Below the pieces are notes generated by a model. It was not told the DNA's origin and ran no database searches. It saw only the letters and a program-made list of their open reading frames with translations. From NCBI GenBank assembly GCA_000182565.2, contig KQ257454.1: a stretch of DNA of 64,000 nucleotides, one strand, 5' to 3'. Shown piece after piece: positions 1 to 11,795 of this stretch (the first letter of the stretch is position 1; each line of letters starts with the position of its first letter). This DNA is from Spizellomyces punctatus DAOM BR117 (taxonomy: Eukaryota). The translations under genes were made by a program, and so were the position numbers.

Positions 1-3000
1 AGGTGCACTATCTCTCGGAACAACTTACGCAGTTGCAACAACAAATGGATTCGGTACTGGACGTAACGAGTTCAATGCGTGCGCCAACTCAACAGCGGCC
101 GCAGGCAGATGTCAGCCAGATGGAGAACCTGTACAATGAGGTCCGCAATATGATCGGAAAAGCGCAGTCCCTTAAGTTAGACGGAGGACCTACGAGTTTC
201 CAAAATCGATCGACGGGATCTTCGATATCACCAGACCGTCTTACACGGCTTGAAAAGCAGATGGAAAGATTAATGGAATGCATAACGTCACTCAATAGAG
301 ATGACCAATCGCATCGAAAAAGAGACGGTCAGCGCGCGTCTCCTAAAATGCGCAGAGAATCTGGTGCCGATGCCGTAAACTATGACGTTGAGCGTCAGGA
401 TGATATCGTCTCGACATCCTCAAGCCCTGGCGCTGGCGAGAACAGGTTGGAACGCCAATACAGATATACTGATGTCTGAATGTGCGTCCTATTAATATCC
501 AAATATTGCAGCGATGAGTCAGAGTACACAACATTACCAACGAGGATCCCGGCGTCTAAGGTGCGCTTTCTTGTTTGCTCCCAAGTTAAGTACTGGATTG
601 ACAGATAGATTTATCAGAATGGCAAGCGTCAGACCCTTGTGTGGCGCGAGCAAAAACCAATGCATTCACGGGAAGGACGATATCGGGCAGAAAAGAAGCC
701 GCTGAGTTGTAATTCATTCAATATCAAAACCGACGAAAATAGTCCTGAGAGGTAAGGCAAATTATGAAACAGTAGGCAAACGGGGCTATGCTCAGTTCTG
801 TACAGTAGTAAAGGAAAGCCAACGTCTTCTGACATGCAAGGCGGTTCGGCTGTGGCGCTAGCAGCCAACGCAAAACTCATCCGTGCCTTAGAAGAGGAAG
901 AGAAGCGTCTGCGTGCCAATGAGAAAACGTATGCGGATGAAATAAAAAAGCTCACAGGAGAGTTGAGCGAGGAGCGAAGTCGACGCCAGAAGGCCGAAGA
1001 TGAATGCATGGCCCTAAAGAAACAGGTAAAACACCCTCTCTAATTAGCCGTGTATTTGACATGATTAAATCATGATAACCTTAACTGTCAAGGCAACGGG
1101 GCAAGCTGAGGCAGCGGGTGCAGACAAAGATAAATTAAATGCTTTAGCGGACGAAAACTCCAGACTGAAGACTCGGCTGCAAGAGGCAGATTCAAGCTGT
1201 CAGTCCATAGCTAGTGAGCTGTCTTCAGTAAAGGTGAGCTGCACTGGCCTGGAGGATTGTGATTTTGGTTAAAAGCGATCCGTTTATAAGGCCGACTTAA
1301 ACGATATAAGACTGAAATACGACCAACTCTTGGCTGAGAGCGCGGAATGTAAAACTCACCTACTGACACAAGAAAAAGAGCTAAAGAACGTAAAAACAAC
1401 TGAACAAGAGATCAAGGTACGGCGAAGGTGTAGATATTCGCCTTACAAGAACCCATTTGTAAAAGGATGAATAGGTGTCTGCTGCAGAGCTAGAATGCCA
1501 ATTAAAACTATGCGAGGAAGAAAAGGCTCGTTTATCCGTCCGGCTAGTAAAAGATCGGGAGCAGTCGAGAGTCAAGGTTGCGGAGGTAATGTTTCTATTT
1601 AGTCCGCCATTGACCATAATTCCAGCTCATGTGTGAATGCTCCAGGTCAAGAAAGAAAATGAAATTTACAAAGCTACCATCAGGCAATTGCAAAAGGAGA
1701 ACAGTGCATTACAGCAAAATTTAAGTTCTCGAGATTTTGACGCCCGCCAGCAGTTAAACGACCTCGCAGCGTACGTGTTGTCCTTTACTGTGCGAAAGCG
1801 ACAAACACACTTCATGGTGACATTTATGTAGGATGCGGAGTTCTGAATTAAAACAGGCTATATCGGAGACTACCAACCAGTTGCTCGAAAGGCACAAAGT
1901 TGAGTACGATGCAGTATCCCACCAGCTTACGAGGACCCAACATGCCTATGCCGCTTTGGAGGAAGAATTCCGAAAAGGCATGAAAGGTAGCTCATTTCAA
2001 CTGGGTGAATTTTCGACTACGATGGACGCTGAATTGTTTTCTAGAGGAGCAGGGTCGTTTTGCGCAATTGCGGCATGCTTACACAGAGCTCTTGCAGCAG
2101 TTTACTGCGCAGGCAAAAGTAAGGACCTGCTTGTACTAGGTACCCTAATTCTGCATGGACCTCTTACCGTTTTTCAAGGCTCTTGAAACGGCGTCTGGAA
2201 AAGAAAAAGAGATGGCGTCTGTAATCAAAGAGCTCACTGACATGGTGAAAGAGCAGAAGGCAAGAATAGCCGACTTGGCGGAGAAGCATCAAATGACCTT
2301 CACCATTTTTGAGGTGGGCAAGGCGAATTCGCATAAACCGATTGCACATGATTGACAATCAGCATAGGACAAAGTCCATGCCCTTGAGGACCGCCTCAAA
2401 GCTTCTCAAAAGATGCGACATGATTTCAAATCTTTGCAATCCGACTACAACATGAAGCAAGCACTTGCCAATGACCTGACTGCTGAACTTCAAAGGACAA
2501 AAGCAGAGCTTGCCCAGCAGGTATATGAGTTATTAATCACATACACTGGAAGTGCTGAGCGCAGAGAGTTCCTAACTTCAACCCATGCAACGGCAGACAA
2601 CGGTCTTTCAGCAAGAAAGAATACGCCTCGATTCAGAAAATGCGCGATTACAAGCCGATCTTGACAGATTCCGCGATGGACAGGATCAGGTAACCTTGAG
2701 AGAAATATGCAATAGATTCGTGACACGCACTTAACGCCATCATTCTACAGGCTATACGAGTGAAGAATAAAATGCTCGAAGATCAGAATGAAACAATTAA
2801 GAATCTTAAACAGAACCTGGAAAATAAGGTACGGTGTTCCCTCTGGGTCTTCAAATTTGATATCGCCGTAAGGATTTCGACCTCATCGTCTTTTGGCAGT
2901 GTCGTGAGCATCAGGCACTCCTTACGGATATTGAAAAAAGAGAAGATTCATTAGAGGATCGCTTAGAGCTTGAAAAGCAGACAAATAAGGACTTGCAGCA

Positions 3001-3657
3001 GGAGGTACTACTCATTCGGGGTACCTGTTTGATATCATGTCATTGCATTCTCACAAAATGACATAGCTCGAATCACAAACCCAAGAGATATACCATCTGC
3101 AGTCAATTATAGACGAGTACCGAGAGGAGCGGAACACTCTCAGAAAGGATCTGGCGGAGGCCTCAAAAAAATTGAAAGAGCGGAATGAGAGTATTCATAT
3201 GATCGAAGACGAGGTCGCGAAGATCCGGAAAGTTTTCAAAGCCAAAGAAGAGCGTTGGCTCCAGGAGAAAGAGGAGGCTTTGAAATCTCAAGAGCTTGCA
3301 AACCTGGAACTCAAAAGCACATACGAGGTAAAAGGCAAGCCGCTAAATACCAATGTGAGGCATTGGCTAAGCGATTCTTCGCAGAATCAGACAGGAAGGC
3401 TCGCGTTTTTAGAACGGGAACGTGATGTGATGTTGCAAACAATCAGAAAGCTACAAAAAGAAATAGAAGAGGCTTCAAATCAGGTAGGTGTAAGGTACTT
3501 TCGCTTATCTCAAATGTTATTGTCCAATTGTAATACCACTGGCAGAGAGACCAACATGAGGCTGAGATGCGCATTGTGTTAACCGAAATGGATCGACAAA
3601 AGCAGAGGATGAACGAGAAGATGGAAAAACTCAAAGCCGCCTTTGCAGAAGCATAAG
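1..3657 (+). CDS. LRRCC1: C-terminal part of a multi-exon coiled-coil protein, LRRCC1/VFL1-like centriolar protein (5' end outside window)
   Basis: Spliced exons give YAALEEEFRKGMKEEQGRF, IRVKNKMLEDQNETIKNLKQNL, IEDEVAKIRKVFKAKEERW and HEAEMRIVLTEMDRQKQRMNEKMEKLKAAFAEA*. These follow the order and character of the LRRCC1 C-terminal coiled coil as I recall it. The LRR N-terminus is not in the window. Confidence 0.6.
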
Positions 3658-3807
3658 TTGGTGCGACAGAGAGCGCTGGCGCTCCCATAATGCTCAAGCA
3701 TCAAAACATCTTGTACATAGTATATCTGTGTCGTCTCTATATAGATGGCAATGTACAGTATTGTATATTTATTATAGATAACGGAGTCGTCGCATTATTG
3801 GCTCAGC

Positions 3808-5868
3808 TCAATGAAAACGTGCCGACATATTGAGGTTTGGTGCCATCTTTCGCAAAATCCCTAACGTCTCGTAGTGAACTCCAGGGCAGTTATCGATTAG
3901 AAGAGTTTCAAGCTGTTTTCCAGGCTTGCTTGTAACTATCGCTCGAATGCCAATACCGGTAACTTTCGGACAACCGTTCATCGCGAGAGTTACAAGCTGC
4001 GTTCCATGTTGTGTAAGAGCTTCAAGTGAACGATCTGATATGCTTTGGTTGTTTGAGACATCTAGATGGTGTAATTCCTTTGCGTTCTGGGCTAGAAAAA
4101 TGATACCCATATCCGTAATGCGAGGACAAGTAGCGATGAGGACACGGGAAAGAGCGGGGCAATGGGTAGCGAGGCTGCGTAGGGCCGAGTCGGTAATAGT
4201 CGCACACTGTGTGAAATCGATTTCATAAAGATGTGTGCAGAATCCTGCCAGGTATTCCACCGATGTGTCCGACACCCGCGGGCATGATGCTAAGACAAAT
4301 TGACGTAACTGGTTGCAGCCTTCGGCAAATGCAAGGAGGGCATCCTCGAAACTGATGGCTGCGGGTTCGTTCATAGCAGTTCCCGTTAAGACAAGGCTCT
4401 CTATTCCGCTGCAGTGAGCCATGTTGACGAGCGTGCTTTTGGTTATCCTCGAGCACTGTGAAACGTTTACTTCCCTGAGAGACGGACAAGATTGCGATAA
4501 AAGGAAGGTAGTACGATCAGAAACGGCGCAGGAAGAGAGCTGTAGCTTTTGTAGGGCCATTGGGATACCCCGTTTCTTGAAATTTAAACTGATCTCGAAA
4601 GCAGCATCTGTGACGCCAGGACATTCCGACAGATCCAGATCACTCAGAGCTCGACAACTGTCGAGAATGCTGCGTATAGATATATCGTTGACTTTCGTGT
4701 TGGCTAACCTCAAACGAGTGAGCTGAGATCCGATTGATTTCATCGTCTCAGCCAATGCTTGACCAGTCACCTTCGAGTTGTTAGTCAGTTCGAAAGTCGT
4801 CAGAGAGGTACAACGCTGTGCCAAAAGGCTCTTTAAGCCTGTATTCGTGATGTTCGTGCAACCGGGTACTATGAGCTTTCTAAGTAATCGACCACTTCTA
4901 CACACTATGGCGTGTACCACGGTATTGGAAACCTTCCGACTGTACGGAGTCAGGTCAACGTCCGTCCAAAGCAAACTATTGCCATTGACTGATGCCCGCC
5001 AATTTCGCGACACTTGCGCACATCGATTCAAAGTTGGCATTGGAAGATAGTGGAAAATGGCCGTCATGAGCTCCAATGGCAGGGCGTAAGAACCAAAATT
5101 GCCAGTCCAATTGGAAGCCGCAGCATTACTGCTGAGTAGTGTTTCCGCAGCTGTCGCAGCTGGAAAATCCTGCTTTGCTCTTTTGGCCACAGAGATTAAC
5201 TTGTCTCCTTCGGCGCAATTGCTAAGGCTTGTCTGGGGTGCACTTCTCACTGCCAATGGAATTGTCGATATGCTGGTACGGGAATTCTTCACATTTCCTG
5301 TATATTCCAATAGTTCAGTGTAGCTCTTCTCAATGCTCTAATGATAACCATGTAGTGAACTTATGATGAGGGAATGACACAACTGCATGAATGAATACTT
5401 TGAGGCTTACCGAATAGCGAGGATGACTCTTCGAAACCTTTTTCCTTGCAATACGATAAATGCAAAGGGCGCTGTCAGTTTTCCCTAGTAATTGAAAAGC
5501 TTTACCCGCATGGATGTAGCCCTGTATGCGATGTAGGGAGACTTTAGTGAGCGGTCACCCACGTAGTTCAGAGCTTCAGCAAACCTTCGGATTCACAGGG
5601 TCCAGCTTTACAAGTCGTTCGGCATCGCTGAGTGCATCATCAAACCTTCCAGAGTTCAGAAAAGCAAGGGCACGACAATCGTAGAGCTTAGAGTTTGACT
5701 GATCCTGCAGTATGCCCTAAGAACGACGTTAGCACCCTCGAAGGAGTATATTGGGCCACTTGAACCTACTTTTGTCAAGAGTCGAATTGCCTTCTCATAC
5801 TCTGAACGCTTGAAAGCAGCTACAGCAGCTTGCAGAAGCGTGTCTGACGACACTGTTGGGTTATTCAT
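3808..5868 (-). CDS. TPR + F-box + leucine-rich repeat protein (Dia2/Pof3-like SCF substrate adaptor)
   Basis: N-terminal exons encode TPRs (AVAAFKRSEYEKAIRLLTK...YDCRALAFLNSGRFDDALSDAERLVKLDPVNPKGY). The large exon has an F-box (LPLELMTAIFHYLPMPTLNRCAQVSRNWR) followed by many Cys-containing LRRs (LDLSECPGVTD, VNVSQCSRIT). Confidence 0.85.
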
Positions 5869-6011
5869 CGCCAAAAGGATTGGGGAGGGAAGCGAGGATG
5901 ATGGCAGATGGAAAATGCGACGTGTCCAGATGGTCGGACGAAATGCGTGACTTTGCACCAGTCGCGTGGCTAACCCAACGCTGAGGAGAGCTTGTCGAGA
6001 TCTCCGCGGCC

Positions 6012-9000
6012 ATGGTCGGTTCGCGACAAAACCTGGCAGGACCCGCTACTACGCTGAGTGGCCCTCCGCATTTTCCTATTGACACCTTGGAAAGGAGCTT
6101 GAAAAATGCAACGGAATTGCTTTACAGAGCGAGAGCCCACCAAAGGGAGACCGTCTCTGCTACCACAGGACCGAGCTCCTTCCCAATACAGGACGAGATA
6201 GGCCTTTATGTTCGACACGAAAAGCAAGCATCGGCCAGAAATGTAAACGAAGTGGATGCTCGGCGTATGCAGACCCACACGAATTCGCCTTCGGTGAGAG
6301 TTGTAACAGAATTGATAGGCCAAACTCCTCAAGCTTCCAAAATAAGCAACAAGGAGGTGGGGGCCTCATCCCTTTTGCAAGCTTCCATAGAGCAGTTTCG
6401 GAAGCACCTCAGCGAGCAGGTAGTACTTACGGACGACACCATTCGTTCTGATAAAGAGAGTGTTCAGGAACACGATACGTCACAGTCGGCTGATCCGGAT
6501 ACAATCCCGCAGTCAGCACCCACGGACGACATCATACGTTCTGAGAAAGAGCGTGTGCAGGAACACGATACGTCACAGTCGGCTCATCCCGATACAATCC
6601 CGCAGTCAGCAGACGTGTTAATATCAACAATACCATCGTTTAACTGGAAGGACGCACTTGTGTTAATGAATGAATTAAAAGTGCAACTTGGTGCCCTCAA
6701 TCATGATTTCAGGGAGTTTCTTAATGGGATTCGTATGTCAGACCACAATTTGGATCCGCCTCCAGAGATGGGCACGGGTGCAAAAAGGGAGAAGCAAAGC
6801 ACAGTCGTAAGCGCTGCAGAATCACGCAAAATGCACTTGTTGGAGCGTATCGAGGATGCTCTGCATGATTTTGCTCAGATGAAGACGAGAATGGGTTGGT
6901 CACAACTGGACGATGTCGCTGCAACGAGAGCGTCAGGCCAAGAGAGTGTTCAGGAACCTGATACGTCACATTCGGCTCATCCCGATACAATACCGCAGTC
7001 AGCAGACGTGCCAGTATCAACAATACCATCGTCAAACTGGAAGGATGCACTCGTGTTAATGAACGAATTAAAAATGCAACTCGGTGCCCTCCATCGGGAT
7101 TTCAGAGAGTTTCTAAATGGGACTCATATATCAGACCACAATTTGGATCCGCCTCCAGAGATGGGCACGGGTGCGAAGCAAAACACGGTAACAAGCCAAC
7201 CCGGTGTTGCGGCATCACACAAAACGCAGTTTTTGGAGCGTATCGAGGATGCTCTGTACGATTTTGCTCAGATGAAGAGAAGAATGGGTTGGTCACCATT
7301 GGACGATGTCGCTGCAACGAGAGCGTCAGGCAAGCAAGTCGTAAGACCATCGTCGGATAGCTCCCCTACATCAGATTTGCTAGCTGACCAACAAGACCTT
7401 GAAGCAAATGGAAAGAGTAAACGCATGCACACTTCTGTCGCTTTTGGTGAGAACTCTTCCAGCAAGCGTTTGAGAGCATCTCCGACACAGACCTTCTCCT
7501 ACTCTGGTGTTACAAAAGCTCTTCGTGAAATTCGTGAGAAAACGAGCCTTGTGATGGGGAATATGGTCGAGTCGGAAGTGTCTAGCACATCACTGCGGCC
7601 AACTTACTTCAATTTTTCGGACCTCTTGGATGAAGATAGTTTTTCAGACGTGTTCAATCATGACCGCATCAAAGCGGTGGTGACACGGAAAATCGAGGAG
7701 CTTGCCATTCCTGAGGTACGGAAAGGGAGTGATCATTCCTCAGCCATGTCCTTGTTCAGAATAACTGAATGCATCCTAGTTGTCTGGAGCAGGCCGTTCT
7801 AGACAAATTCTGTCAGAAACATATCCCCGTCCGATGGTAAACGTCCCCATTCTTCAGCCGAAACATCGGCAGCCCACAAACGTCAAAATATTTGATAAAA
7901 CTGCGAACAGGAAGACTTCAGCACCAGTCAAACGCCCCTTATATGAGCCGACTAAACCTCGTACCAAGACTCAAGAAAACGTAGTACTTCGAGCTAGAAA
8001 AAACGAGGGCAAATTAAGGTATGGCATTTTGCCAAAATACTGGGGAATTATACTCATTTGGCGCCACACTAAAGGCCTGCACAAGAGAACTTGCCACCGA
8101 AACGGTCGCTGGTTTCGTTCCCTCCATCTCAACGGGAAATGGCATCTACTTCAGACCCAGCTTTCTCCGGTAACAAGCGCGTAGTTACCCCGCAAGACAT
8201 CACCACCGGACGAGAAATACTCGCTCGACATGGCTCCGCGCAACGGCCACTGAACTTGCTCAATGTGAGAGTACCCAATTCGCCCGTCTTTTTACGACCT
8301 ACGTCCATTCGTCCACCGAATGCGGCATTTACTGCGAAATCGCGTGAAATGACGCCGCCCCGCCCATCTCAACCTACCGTATTGAAACAGTCGGCCCCTC
8401 AAATAACCCCGATAAATTTCCCATCAATTTCGGAAATAAATGGCATGAGCAACTTTTGTTCAATCTCCCACCCTCCTCCCACTAATCATTGTGATTTGAC
8501 AGTTGACGATGACCTAGCCGGTAGGAGTCCTTCGGGCGTGGAACTCTCTCACTCGCGGTCTCCATCGATCGTGAGTCCGAAGGTATTGGCTAAAACACCA
8601 GTGAGCGTTGAATCCGACTTCAGTGGGACTGTTCAAGCTTTTAACCACTCCTAAATACTAGAAAACTATCGGCGTTCAGTATGTCACTCCACCCAAGGTA
8701 CATGGTACACTGGATACATATCATCACTGGTGTTATATGTTGATAATGCTACTTAAATCAGGATGTCTCAATTCAGTATCAAACTCCGGAAGGAACGGTA
8801 TGCCTTGACGAACCCCAGACTTGCATTTATGACTATTCCGAAGCTTGAAGTTTCTGCTAACACAACATATCAGAGTCCATCTTCAAGTCTGATGAATGTG
8901 CGTATGCCTACGGTAGCAGAGACCCGGCGAGCGATGCGCAAGATCGTGAAAGAGGAGCTAACCCATAGGAAAGAGGAAGCCTTGCGCGGTTACAGGTACA

Positions 9001-11665
9001 CCCCACGTCCAAGGCACAGATTCCCTTCAGATGGCTTATAGATGAGTTACTCGGGTTCTAGATCTGCCGCTACTAGTCCTCCGCCGTCCGGGCGTCTGGG
9101 AACATTTGAACAGAAGCTTGCAGAGTGGGTCCAAGCGGAGGTGCTAACCTTAGCAGCCAAACCAATACCAGCCAGGCCATTACCATCGCGACAAGGTGAG
9201 AGCACTTGTACCAGTTTAAGTTGTTATCGGCAAAGTGGCTCAATTGCCGATATGTACGCAGATGCCCAGACAATGGCCGAATTGCAGCAACCAGCGAGCC
9301 TTCCGAATACTCTTTACGCTGCAGAGAAGATAGCAGACAAGATTCTGCAGGAAGTCATCTCCGCAGAGGGACGGAACGTTGCATTTCAAACGGTTATTGA
9401 TGTCATGGAAAGTCGTGTCACCGCGGCGACGCAACAACAGTTAAAACAGCAGCAGCAACAACAACAAGATTCCAAAGCCGAAGGAAATCGTGATTCATTA
9501 ACTCCCCGAAACACAGAGAGTTCCGAGTCTCTGGCGGTTCTTAATGAGCTGAAGCTGCTCAGGAAAGCAGCAGAAGAGGACAAAAGGAACTCCATAAACG
9601 AGGACGAGCAATGGCGACGCCAACAAGAAGAGCGACTTCGGGCTATGGAGCAGCAGATCAACAAGGTGCAGGCCTCACCTATCCGACGGCGTGATCGTGT
9701 GGAGAGTGCCCCATTGCTATTACCCAGTGTTCCAAAGGTGCAGGTACACGTGCCTGCCGCTCACGAAGTACGCAAAATGGACGAAGCTTATAGCAGGGCC
9801 AAGCTGGAAGCAGAGGAGGAGCGCAGGAAACGCAGAATGGAAACAGAGGAACACCGGAGAAGACGCAGATTGGAAGAGGAAGAGGAGAGGATAAAATTGG
9901 AACAGTTACGACAGGAGCGGCGAGCTGACGAGGCCCGGAAAGAGCTCGACAGACGTAAGCGGCAACTGGAGGAAGAAGAGCGCCTGCACGAAGAGAAACT
10001 GCTTGAAATAGATCGACTACATCGTGAGAAACTGCAAGAAATGGAGCGTATTGCAGAAGCAGAGCGTAAGAAAAGAGAACAAGATCTAGAAGACAGACTG
10101 CATCGTGAGAAGTTGGACGCCATTGAACGTAGCGCCGAAGAGAATCGCAAGAAATTGGAAAGAGTATTGGAAGAAAAGCTCTCACAGGAGCGAAAGGAAC
10201 AGGAAGAAAAAAGAGCTGCAGAGGAAGAGGAAAGACGGCGGGGGGTGCAGTTCGACGAATTGAGACTTAAGGCTTTTTTGGATAATGAAGAGCAAAAGCG
10301 AAATTGGCCAGAAGGAGAAATCGTGCAACGAGTGAATCTGGCTGCGGAAGAGGCTCTGAGGAAGATAAAGTTAGAAAAGGAAGATTTTCAGCGAAGGCAA
10401 AAGCTTGCTATCGAAGAGACTGAGAGGAAGCGAAAGTTAGAAGAAGAAGAAGAATTCCAACGAAGGCAACAGTTCGCTAGGGAAGAGGCCGAAAGGAAAC
10501 AGAAACTTGAGGAAGAGCAGCAACCGCTCAATGAAGAACGAAAATTGCTACAGCAAGCGCTCCATGAGTCTGCTAACAACATGCAACGTGGTGAGGAAAA
10601 AGTAGGGCAAAATACCGAACCTGCTGGGAGCGGTGTAGAAAGACAGGAAATCACGAAGGCAGAGCAATCAACCAAAGCCGTGCAGACGTTTGGTTTTCAG
10701 GAAGATATAGCCACGTCCAAACGACCGGTAAGACTGAAAGTCTAAAGTCTTGGACAAATCCAAGTTAACTTTTGAATTGTTTAACTATATAGACGCAACG
10801 TCAACAATTGCATCCCGTCGAGTCCTCCCGAAAGGAAATTGCCGTTGTGGCATCTAGCGATACCAGCTCTGTCGGGCTTACCACACTTTCACTGATGTTG
10901 TCTGAAGGAGAAGTCCGTACTCAGCTTTTCAGGTAACACCATTATCTCGGACATAATTTCTCGTGGCTCTAAAACAGACCCTGAATCATTGCAATAAATA
11001 GTGAAGGGGAAGTCGCACATCCGATTTCTCAAAGGTTCTTTCGAACAGCGAGGGCGCTCTCCGGTGACGAAGAATCAGAGGGTTCATCCACATCCCGGGA
11101 CGCTCTCAGCTTTGTAAGCCTGCCAGGCCAGATCCCGCCTATTCCCATCTCGATGAGGAGCACTCGCATCCAGGAGGGTCACAACATGGAACCACGTCGC
11201 CTTCCAAACCAACGATTTAATCGGGATGGTGACATATCTTCGGGTGAACTCACCCAGTCCTTGCAATCTGATTTGGTACCTAACCCAGCTGCAATCGAAG
11301 TATTGTCCTATCCGCGAACCCTACCACAAGGGAGAGAAAAAAGCATCCAAGTCTCCGATGGTGAACTGAGCGCTTCGGAAGGCGAGCTCCAGTCACAGAC
11401 AGATAGGTGGGAGCCACGGAGCGTCATGTCAAAGGGTGAAATCGGGGCTACAGATGCTGTGGAAACACTTCATACATCTTTCGGGGAGAATCTCCCCAGC
11501 AGAAAGTCCGTCTCCTTAATCAGAGATGTGCCAAGCGGAGGTGATCAGAGCACATCGGACGTCGATTATGGAAGTCCAGCGGTGTCGCACACCGACATAC
11601 AAGGATACAGACGGTCAAAACTACCCGTTCCCGCAACATCACCGGCTACAAAATTGAGAAAATGA
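6012..11665 (+). CDS. Large multi-exon low-complexity/coiled-coil protein, tentatively TALPID3 (KIAA0586)-like
   Basis: Consecutive + strand exons joined by GT-AG introns (e.g. 8996-9061). Contains KLAEWVQAEVL, an E/R/K-rich helix, and repeated SEGE-type motifs near the C-terminus (TLSLMLSEGEV, SEGEV, SSGEL, SDGELSASEGEL, SKGEI). The gene is well supported; the family assignment is tentative. Confidence 0.5.
6429..6614 (+). repeat. 93-bp (31-aa) in-frame tandem repeat, 2 copies
   Basis: acggacgac...cagtcagca begins at 6429 and again at 6522. Confidence 0.95.
6549..7331 (+). repeat. 393-bp (131-aa) in-frame tandem duplication, 2 copies
   Basis: Copy 1 starts at 6549 and copy 2 at 6942. The shared end cgtcaggc lies at 6931-6938 and 7324-7331. 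The motifs NWKDALVLMNELK and LERIEDAL each occur twice. Confidence 0.95.
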
Positions 11666-11795
11666 ACATCGTCCTGAATCATCTTTGTACATATTATGCG
11701 AGCTCAATTAAGCCCGTAATGCTTAAGCTATTTGTACAGTGAAATGTGCCTATCTACATGTTAAATACGGAATCACACACTGTCCGGTCATGAAA

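Noticed and set aside
5961-5974. gtcgcgtggctaac as an RFX X-box before the TALPID3-like gene
   Set aside because: It deviates from the GTNRCC-n-RGYAAC consensus in both halves.
9039-9044. In-frame TAG immediately followed by ATG joining two ORFs (apparent readthrough)
   Set aside because: Both lie inside a GT-AG intron (8996-9061) whose removal keeps the frame.
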